From contig JAVZYR010000012.1 in NCBI GenBank assembly GCA_038999435.1, positions 1-20,409 of the forward strand: a DNA stretch of 20,409 nt, written 5' to 3'. Positions 1 through 6,755 of this stretch are shown here, piece by piece (position 1 is the stretch's first letter; every line of letters begins with the position of its first letter). The position numbers and the translations under genes are program-made. This stretch comes from Candidatus Aenigmatarchaeota archaeon. GTDB lineage: Archaea; Aenigmatarchaeota; Aenigmatarchaeia; QMZP01. The notes under the pieces were generated by a model. The model did not search any database, had not been told where the DNA came from, and saw nothing but the letters and a program-made list of their open reading frames with translations.

Positions 1-415
1 TGGCTGTTAGCGGATCACCTTCAATGTCAGAATCATTTGCAAGTATGCCTGGTGCAGGAATGTTCAATGTCACATCTTCATCTGTGACATAGCTATCATC
101 TGATGCAACTGGTACATCGTTGACTGGATTGACTGTGATTGTAACAACTGCAGGGCTGCTGTTTGTTTGGCCATCATTTGCAACGTATGTAAAGCTGTCA
201 GTGCCATTCCAGTTTGCAGCTGGTGTGTATGTAAATGAGCCATCTGCATTTAGCACGAGGACACCATTTGTCACATCGCTAACAAGTATGGCTGTTAGCG
301 GATCACCTTCAATGTCAGAATCATTTGCAAGTATGCCTGGTGCAGGAATGTTCAATGTCACATCTTCATCTGTGACATAGCTATCATCTGATGCAACTGG
401 TACATCGTTGACTGG
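1..415. repeat. Intragenic tandem repeat, period 288 bp (96 aa), copies nucleotide-identical
   Basis: Positions 1-127 match 289-415 exactly. 128-415 is one full unit and the next copy is cut by the window edge. Confidence 0.95.
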
Positions 416-1498
416 TAAAACAATTATAGTTACATTCTGTGAAGCTGACAGATTTCCTGTATCTGTAACAGTAAATGTTACTGTCTCCTGTCCATTCCAA
501 TTAGGTTGAGCAGAAAAGTTTGCAACATGAGTTACAGGATCTATATTAATGATAGTATTATTATTTCCTGACACTGACCATGTCAGCGCAGACTCTGGGT
601 CTTCATCTACAACATAATCATCAAGATTAAGTGATGTTGAGCTATCTTCAAGAAATGTTATATTTATAGGTAGGTCTAAAATAGGTGGATTGTTAACTAT
701 AACTCCTGGAACTGTTACATTATCCTTGGTTAGATTTTGCGTTATTGACATAGCGCATTTATCATCTATAGATTCTGCTATTACTTGTATCGAATATACA
801 CCGGCAGTTATTGGAACCCATTCAAATATGAAATTCTTTGCCTTATCCTCTCTTATCAATTTTGTTTTGGTATTTGTCCATACAAGTTGCTTTGATTGGT
901 CATATATGTTCAAGGTCACACTGACATTTGCAGAAAAGTATTTATCAATTAAGTTATGGCCCACATAATGTTTAAGATCAGCTGCAGGTGTTATCGATGT
1001 ATTTGGTGCATCAGAAATCGGCGATTTTATCCTCACTTTAATATTGGCAGATTGACCAACTGTTATATTTGAAGGTATTACTAAATTACTTATTTTTGCT
1101 CTACAATATGGATACTTTGTAAATGTTTCAGTAGATTCATTTGATCCATTGATAGCTGGCTTCCACCACATCTCCTGCCTGACATAGCCAGGAGAGAACC
1201 AATAAGTAGCGTAGCCATATTTAGGTGCCTGCGAACCTGAACAGTAATGAACAGTTATTTTATTTGTGTCTGAATGTTTATCCTGAACTTTTTCGCCTAA
1301 TGTAGCGCAATAAGGGCTTGTACACTCAAAAACTAGTGCCCTTATACCACTTACATTTTGACCAGTCTCATTTTTCCATATAGTTGTATAATTATACCAG
1401 TTTTCAACCGGACATGACAAAACTGCATTTACAGGGCTAACTAAAATTAACAACAGCGCAAGCATTACCAAGCCCGATGCAAATATTTTCTGGTTCAT
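1..1498 (-). CDS. Secreted/surface protein with tandem cadherin-like (Big_9 / tandem-95) Ig repeats; 3' end lies outside the window
   Basis: Absent from the ORF track because it runs off the left edge. Manual translation from ATG 1498 is open to position 1: signal peptide MNQKIFASGLVMLALLLILVSPVNA, a Cys-containing N-terminal domain, then NNPPILDLP..FLEDS and VNDVPVASDDSYVTDEDVTLNIPAPGILANDSDIEGDPLTA..LNADGSFTYTPAANWNGTDSFTY repeats. GGTGA RBS at 1503-1507. Confidence 0.9.
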   Translation of the reverse strand, partial: MNQKIFASGLVMLALLLILVSPVNAVLSCPVENWYNYTTIWKNETGQNVSGIRALVFECTSPYCATLGEKVQDKHSDTNKITVHYCSGSQAPKYGYATYWFSPGYVRQEMWWKPAINGSNESTETFTKYPYCRAKISNLVIPSNITVGQSANIKVRIKSPISDAPNTSITPAADLKHYVGHNLIDKYFSANVSVTLNIYDQSKQLVWTNTKTKLIREDKAKNFIFEWVPITAGVYSIQVIAESIDDKCAMSITQNLTKDNVTVPGVIVNNPPILDLPINITFLEDSSTSLNLDDYVVDEDPESALTWSVSGNNNTIINIDPVTHVANFSAQPNWNGQETVTFTVTDTGNLSASQNVTIIVLPVNDVPVASDDSYVTDEDVTLNIPAPGILANDSDIEGDPLTAILVSDVTNGVLVLNADGSFTYTPAANWNGTDSFTYVANDGQTNSSPAVVTITVNPVNDVPVASDDSYVTDEDVTLNIPAPGILANDSDIEGDPLTA

Positions 1499-1520
1499 GT
1501 ATTCACCTTTTAGGAGTTAG

Positions 1521-1530
1521 ATTTAAATAT
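1521..1530 (-). promoter_or_regulatory. Putative archaeal TATA box for the repeat surface protein
   Basis: Minus-strand ATATTTAAAT ending 22 nt before ATG 1498. A second TTTAAAA lies at 1551-1557. Confidence 0.45.
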
Positions 1531-1562
1531 CTTAACCTCTTTGTAGTTAATTTTAAATACTT

Positions 1563-4500
1563 TCATGGTGCTGGAACACCTCCTGTTGTAGGTCCGGGTG
1601 GACCGTTAGGAACACCTCCTGGTGTAGGTCCGGGTGGGATTACTCCAGTCGGAGGAAGACCTTCTATTGCGCCACCGCCTTCTGCAGCTTGTAAACCTAA
1701 AGATTTTATCAATCCTAAAACTGATGCCCTTTGTGAGAGCCATGTCAAACCCATCTTAAGTTTTTCGTTTTCATTCATCCAATTATCCTCAAATCCTGGA
1801 TATGTGAAAGGATTGTTGCCATTTTCATCTTCTTCGTTATTACTGTCTGATGTTTTTTGATTTTGGTCACTATTTTGCTCATTATTTATTGTGGTTAAAT
1901 ACCATCTTTTTTCCAATTCATTCAAGGCTGCATCATCTATCCTTCCACCAGGAAGCGCCTCATACCATCTTTCCCAAAAAGCTATATCGTTTGCAAGACT
2001 TGTTATTGCAAATAATCTGCCTTCTGGTGTATCTGCCCATGGTTTATACAAATCAATAAGTTCTGCACCAATTTTTGCAGCAAGCGCCTTATTTTGATTG
2101 TTCAAAATTGCAGGCCAATTGTTCCATTTATTATCTTTTGTTTTATCCTTAACCTCAATCTTGACCTTTTGACCATGTGGACTTATTCTAGTCCACTCAT
2201 TTTTCTTATAACCTTCTGCAAACTTTTTCATGTTCTGTTTCATCTCATCAAGCATTGTTAAGTATTCCTCTTTTGTATCAGGTAAGTTATAGCCCATATT
2301 TGTTGTCTCAGGTGCATAGTTTCTCAAAACTTTTCTCACAGGCTCTGATGGGATTTGCTCAGTATATCCAAAGTGCGGATTTGTAATACTTATCCATCTC
2401 TTGTTATAAGGTGCCTCAAATGAGTTTGATGTAACTCTCAGCACATCTGGCTTTCCATCCCCATTCTTATCCACTTCTTCTACTTTTTTAACATCAACAT
2501 GTTCTGGCTTTTCACCGTTTTTGAATTTTCTAACTTCAAAATTTAATTTTGTTGGGTCGGTGATTTGGTTTGTTGGTATTTCTGCAACAGCATATATGTA
2601 TGGCTCTTCATAATGTTTTGGAGTGCATTTCTGCTCCTCTGCCAAATATATATCTATATCCCAGTCTTTGCCCTGTTGGCTTTTTCTATCAATTTTAACA
2701 GGTTTGACTTCAATCCTTTCAAGATATTTTACTATTTCATCGCATGGCTCAATCTCTAAATCTTGCGTATACGTTTTGATTTTGTTTTCCAGTTTGATTT
2801 TGTCATCTTTGGACAATTTCTGTTTTATTCGTACTTGATATTTCTCGCCTTCATCAACCTTTTTATTGTCATTCAAATCTTCCCAGAGGAAAAGAGGTTC
2901 ATCGGCATCCCATTGGCCACTTCCGTTTTTATCTTCATATGTTATCTGCCTTGTTACGCCATATACATAACCACCAGGGCCCCAGCCACTGCCTTTTTCG
3001 TCAGAGCAGACAAATGGCAGGCTTTCAGGAGGCTGTTTCTCTGGTTTAATTTCAGGTTGCTTAGCAATCTCACAAAAAGGTTTAAGTTCTTCTGTGGTTA
3101 TTTTTCCATCTTTATTATCGTCTATTTGATTGAAAAGATTAGAATATTCTTGATAGGTAATTATGTAATCTTTATTTTCATCTGCCTTTTCGGCGAATTT
3201 ATCTAAATTTCCACAAGCAAATTTATCGTTGTTGTTATTACAATTTTTTGCTAAATTCCGTAAATTGGCTTCTATCCCAGGTGTTGTTTTGTAACAATTT
3301 AGCTCTGGACATAGGCTGCCACCAAGATATTCAACTTGACCAACATTTATGCCCAAAACCTTTGCAGCTTCATCAGGTCTTGGACATTTTTCATATTTTG
3401 GCCCAGGTTTTGTACTTGGTTCAAAAATTATTACACGTTTTTTGCATGCCTGCTTATATTCAGGTTTCAGTTTTTCGTAGATCTCATCAGGTATGTTAAG
3501 TTTTTGACCAGGATATATGAAATTGGGATCTTTAATCTCTGGATTTGCTTTTAACCAAGGTTCCATTTTTTCACCAACATTTCCCAGATTTACATCCTCG
3601 CCTGTGAGTGCTTCATGAATGCTTGAAAGCCAATTGTCAGGCAAAACATGTATCGCTGGTTTTCCATCTTCGCATACAAATTCTACATTATAATTTGGAA
3701 TTTTCTTCTTTTGTTGCTCTTCTTGTTTCTTTTGTTCTTGTTGTTTTAAGTTATCCACATAAGTTACACCAATTTCGCCTATTTTACCAAGATATTCGGC
3801 GAACTTATCAACAGAGCAAGAGAATTTTTGGGGCGAATATTTGTCCTTGTTCTCTTCTGTTGGTGTTGAACTTGCCTGTTGAACTGCCGTTTTTGAATTT
3901 TGTGTCTGTTCTGCTGCTTTCGCTTCAGGTATAAACACAGATAAAACTGAATTTTTATCTGCTTCTGCTTGCAAAATTTGAACATCAGCTGATTTATTTG
4001 CATTTTCTATTTGTTCCTTCCAAAGCAGAATATTTTTAACATATTTTTCAGTTTCGGCATTTGCGTTTTCAGGTGTTCCAGCATGATACGCTTTCAGAAC
4101 TTCCACGTCGCCCTTGTAGGTTTTAAACAAGTTACTAAGTATTTTGGCTGAACATTCTGCATTTTTCTCCCAATTGTATAAATCGTTTTCATTTAAATCA
4201 CAAGAGGTAGATCCTGTTGCAGGCAATATCTGCCCCAAACCTATTGCTCCTTTTTTTGATTTTGCATTCGGGTTAAAACCTGATTCATGATATATAAGGG
4301 CTACAAACAAATCCTCATCAATGCCATATTTTTTAGCAATTTCAGAAATTTTGCCCAAATCAACACCGTGCTTTTCTGCAGCCTTTTTTATTTCGTCTGG
4401 ATATGATTTCAAATTATTATTTTGAAAATTTGGATAAGCATTATCATCATTACTAACAAAATTATTATTTTGTTCTGATGATGATTCGGGATAAGATATG

Positions 4501-5153
4501 TAAACCTTGTTTATATCATTTATATTATCTGATGCTTTCGCTTTAAATCCACCCAAAAATCCCCCGAAAGCTATACCAAGACCTAAAACAGGAAGTGCGT
4601 ATTTTGCATAATTTACAAATTTTCTAAAAGTAGAAGGTTGATAAACTTCTTTTTCAATTTTCTTTTCACATTTAGCTTCAATTCCTAAGATAGATAATAT
4701 TTCACCTTCAGCTTCCTTATACATCTGATCATATCCTCGAAAAAGACCCTCAAGCTCTATCTTTTTGCATTCATCCAATGCCTCTTTGTATACTTCAAGC
4801 AATTTTGGTGCAACTTCATCATTAAAATATGTATCCCAATCTCTTTTTTCAGATTTTATTATAAAGTCTTTTGATGAAATCACAGGTCTCATTAATGCCC
4901 ATTTTACAAAATAAGGAAGACAATTAAACTTGAGCTTCTGATCAATAATATCATAAAAACCAGCATAATATATCTCGTCTTCACTTACCCCTTGTTCTCT
5001 CAAACGTTGTTCTTCAGCTTTTAAAAGATTTTTTTCTGCAATTTTCCTAATTTGAACAATCTCCTCTTGACTTCTATATATATCTAAGTTGAAGAATCTG
5101 TACGTATCTAAATTGAGGTTGTCTTTCTCTGTCTTGGAATTTTCTATTGTCAT
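1563..5153 (-). CDS. Single-pass membrane protein with lytic transglycosylase (SLT, GH23-like) domain, LysM domain, EF-hand-like Ca2+ loops and Pro/Gly-rich tail
   Basis: Hydrophobic helix YALPVLGLGIAFGGFLGGF at about aa 185-203. SLT motifs KYGID..LFVALIYHESGFNPNAKSKKGAIGLGQILPAT..LYNWEKN..AYHAG..ETEKYV (catalytic-position Glu290, nt 4284-4286). LysM IHVLPDNWLSSI..ANPEIKDPNFIYPGQKLNIP (about nt 3488-3653). Loops DENKDYIITYQE and DDNKDGKITTEE. AGGTGA RBS at 5160-5165 and ATGA overlap support the start. Confidence 0.88.
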   Translation of the reverse strand: MTIENSKTEKDNLNLDTYRFFNLDIYRSQEEIVQIRKIAEKNLLKAEEQRLREQGVSEDEIYYAGFYDIIDQKLKFNCLPYFVKWALMRPVISSKDFIIKSEKRDWDTYFNDEVAPKLLEVYKEALDECKKIELEGLFRGYDQMYKEAEGEILSILGIEAKCEKKIEKEVYQPSTFRKFVNYAKYALPVLGLGIAFGGFLGGFKAKASDNINDINKVYISYPESSSEQNNNFVSNDDNAYPNFQNNNLKSYPDEIKKAAEKHGVDLGKISEIAKKYGIDEDLFVALIYHESGFNPNAKSKKGAIGLGQILPATGSTSCDLNENDLYNWEKNAECSAKILSNLFKTYKGDVEVLKAYHAGTPENANAETEKYVKNILLWKEQIENANKSADVQILQAEADKNSVLSVFIPEAKAAEQTQNSKTAVQQASSTPTEENKDKYSPQKFSCSVDKFAEYLGKIGEIGVTYVDNLKQQEQKKQEEQQKKKIPNYNVEFVCEDGKPAIHVLPDNWLSSIHEALTGEDVNLGNVGEKMEPWLKANPEIKDPNFIYPGQKLNIPDEIYEKLKPEYKQACKKRVIIFEPSTKPGPKYEKCPRPDEAAKVLGINVGQVEYLGGSLCPELNCYKTTPGIEANLRNLAKNCNNNNDKFACGNLDKFAEKADENKDYIITYQEYSNLFNQIDDNKDGKITTEELKPFCEIAKQPEIKPEKQPPESLPFVCSDEKGSGWGPGGYVYGVTRQITYEDKNGSGQWDADEPLFLWEDLNDNKKVDEGEKYQVRIKQKLSKDDKIKLENKIKTYTQDLEIEPCDEIVKYLERIEVKPVKIDRKSQQGKDWDIDIYLAEEQKCTPKHYEEPYIYAVAEIPTNQITDPTKLNFEVRKFKNGEKPEHVDVKKVEEVDKNGDGKPDVLRVTSNSFEAPYNKRWISITNPHFGYTEQIPSEPVRKVLRNYAPETTNMGYNLPDTKEEYLTMLDEMKQNMKKFAEGYKKNEWTRISPHGQKVKIEVKDKTKDNKWNNWPAILNNQNKALAAKIGAELIDLYKPWADTPEGRLFAITSLANDIAFWERWYEALPGGRIDDAALNELEKRWYLTTINNEQNSDQNQKTSDSNNEEDENGNNPFTYPGFEDNWMNENEKLKMGLTWLSQRASVLGLIKSLGLQAAEGGGAIEGLPPTGVIPPGPTPGGVPNGPPGPTTGGVPAP
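1573..1637. repeat. Short direct repeat (29 bp x2, period 36 bp, 1 mismatch) encoding the PPGPT(P/T)GGVP tail
   Basis: ggaacacctcctgttgtaggtccgggtgg (1573-1601) versus ggaacacctcctggtgtaggtccgggtgg (1609-1637). Confidence 0.9.
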
Positions 5154-5647
5154 TTCTGCTCACCTGTCTTATCCGCATATTTTTTCTTTAATCCTTCGAA
5201 ACAGCTTCTGGCCTCATCAAGCTGCCCTGAGTTTAAATAATTGATACAATTATAAACTGTCTCAAGGTCTTGTTCATATCCTTCGAATTTTTTAACACAC
5301 TCATTACATGCTGTTAAATTTTCATTACAGCTGTTAAGTTTTGTGGAATAGTTTTCAATTGACTTTTCCACGTAATGTTTTTCGAAATATTTCCCGCCAA
5401 AGAACCCACCTGCACCACCAATTATTAAGCCTACAATGCCTGTGGCTACATAATAAGGCCATTTGCGTTTGTACGGAGATTTTTGATCTTTTTGAGAGCT
5501 GTCTTCTTTTTTGCTCTCACCAATTATATTTGTTTCAGTTCCAGGATTTTTGCGTCCGATAGCTGGTTCTCCAACTTCAGATTTTCCAATGTCAAACTCA
5601 AATTCTTCTCCTACTTGCCCATCTTCTTTCTTATTTTCATCTGTCAT
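5150..5647 (-). CDS. Hypothetical single-pass membrane protein with Gly-rich TM helix and Cys-containing helical C-terminal part
   Basis: Charged N-terminus, KRKW then YYVATGIVGLIIGGAGGFFGG, then CNENLTACNEC and C..C segments. Stop overlaps the next start (ATGA at 5150-5153). TATA box upstream. Confidence 0.85.
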   Translation of the reverse strand: MTDENKKEDGQVGEEFEFDIGKSEVGEPAIGRKNPGTETNIIGESKKEDSSQKDQKSPYKRKWPYYVATGIVGLIIGGAGGFFGGKYFEKHYVEKSIENYSTKLNSCNENLTACNECVKKFEGYEQDLETVYNCINYLNSGQLDEARSCFEGLKKKYADKTGEQK

Positions 5648-5669
5648 GTGTTATTAATTGATAGTAAAT

Positions 5670-5685
5670 TATTTAAATCTATCGG
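5670..5685 (-). promoter_or_regulatory. Putative BRE/TATA promoter of the 165-aa + SLT-LysM operon (likely leaderless)
   Basis: Minus-strand ccgataga-TTTAAATA, with the box (5670-5677) ending 22 nt before ATG 5647 and no RBS in between. Confidence 0.6.
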
Positions 5686-5703
5686 AAATTGCAAATCTAC
5701 ATA

Positions 5704-6387
5704 TCAAATGAACATTATCACCAAAACAAGCAGCGGCTGATGAACAAGATATACAAAAAGCGATCTTTTACCCAATGTGCAAAGAGATTTGAGGATGCGG
5801 TTTTTCTTGATATGCGGTAGGTCGAATCGCCTTTTGTATTTAGGATAAAGTATAAAGCCAAAGAGCATGCCTAAAAGCACCAAACTAAACCACGGTATGA
5901 GAGGAAAATAATCTGCTGTTGCAAATCTCTGTGGAACAAGCCATAAGAGCCAGGGCCCGATATCATGAAGACTAAAATATGGCAATACAAACAAAGGTAG
6001 AAAGATTATGCTTTTAGGGCCAATCTTCAAAAAAGGATAACTGATAATCACAGAAAAGCCGATAAAATGAAGTATGCCAAATATCACAGGCATGTCAGGT
6101 ATTATTAGCATTGTGATCCCAGTTATCAACAATCCCCAACCAAATATCCTTAGCCCACGCCTCAAATATTTTCCAAAGCATGCATGATTTTGTATTTCTG
6201 CCCTCATATAACTAAGAGACAGGGAAAGCCCAACTAAAAAGATAAACATTCCGGCAATGATAAATGCATATAATGGATTTGGCGCAGAATAGCCTTTGAG
6301 TATGCTCAGGTCAAGTAAAAAATGGTAAAAAATCATTGCTATGATAGCAATGCCTCGCAGCGCATCAACCTCCCAAAATCGTTCCAT
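5704..6387 (-). CDS. DUF1624 / heparan-alpha-glucosaminide N-acetyltransferase-like membrane protein
   Basis: RFWEVDALRGIAI..MIFYH, FIFLVGLSL, FGILHFIG, DYFPLIPW and GKRSLFVYLVHQP motifs in a polytopic hydrophobic protein. Confidence 0.85.
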   Translation of the reverse strand: MERFWEVDALRGIAIIAMIFYHFLLDLSILKGYSAPNPLYAFIIAGMFIFLVGLSLSLSYMRAEIQNHACFGKYLRRGLRIFGWGLLITGITMLIIPDMPVIFGILHFIGFSVIISYPFLKIGPKSIIFLPLFVLPYFSLHDIGPWLLWLVPQRFATADYFPLIPWFSLVLLGMLFGFILYPKYKRRFDLPHIKKNRILKSLCTLGKRSLFVYLVHQPLLVLVIMFI

Positions 6388-6422
6388 TTATTTAATTAGA
6401 AAAAAATCATTACCTTTAAATT

Positions 6423-6725
6423 TTATTTCTTTTTTACTCTTTCTTCTGAAAACTCCAGTTCAATGCCACCAACTTTTTCAGCGATAAAATTGTATAATAT
6501 TGCCCCTATTGCCCCCATGACAAATCCTATCACACCGTATATTATTGGAAAGATGATAATTGAAACAATTCCAAGCCCTGCCCCTACAAGAGGGATGCCT
6601 ACAGCTGTTGCAAAGACAGCACCAAATACTGCAATAAAGATGCCTAACACAAAACCGATTATAGCCATTATAAGGCTATACACCTTTGCAAGAGATACAA
6701 CACCGATTCGCTTAAGCATCGCCAT
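6423..6725 (-). CDS. Small two-helix membrane protein, DUF3566-like
   Basis: LKRIGVVSLAK at the start and YNFIAEKVGGIELE at the end flank two long hydrophobic segments. The start could be the second Met (6719), which fits the TATA spacing better. Confidence 0.75.
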   Translation of the reverse strand: MAMLKRIGVVSLAKVYSLIMAIIGFVLGIFIAVFGAVFATAVGIPLVGAGLGIVSIIIFPIIYGVIGFVMGAIGAILYNFIAEKVGGIELEFSEERVKKK

Positions 6726-6744
6726 ATTTATTTTACGATGAGGC

Positions 6745-6752
6745 TATTTAAA
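6745..6752 (-). promoter_or_regulatory. Putative archaeal TATA box
   Basis: Minus-strand TTTAAATA in the 30-bp intergenic gap, 19 nt before ATG 6725 and 25 nt before ATG 6719. Confidence 0.55.
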
Positions 6753-6755
6753 TAA

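Noticed and set aside
1..415. 288-bp repeat as a CRISPR array or mobile-element end
   Set aside because: The period is a multiple of 3, lies inside a CDS and has no spacers. It encodes a protein domain repeat.
120..968. Plus-strand ORFs 120..380 and 690..968
   Set aside because: Antisense shadows of the minus-strand cadherin-repeat gene, which is open across the whole region and has a signal peptide and RBS.
1563..5647. SLT-LysM pair as a prophage lysis cassette, tail tape-measure region or conjugative VirB1 locus
   Set aside because: No capsid, terminase, integrase, baseplate or VirB4/VirD4 genes and no att-like repeats are seen in the window, and the flanks are ordinary cellular genes. 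A distant viral or plasmid origin cannot be excluded.
1477..5740. Plus-strand and alternate-frame ORFs overlapping the SLT-LysM and 165-aa genes (for example 1477..1860, 2763..3206, 3608..3934, 3779..4003)
   Set aside because: They have no recognisable motifs, and their composition is what the antisense of Lys/Glu-rich or Pro/Gly-rich coding DNA gives.
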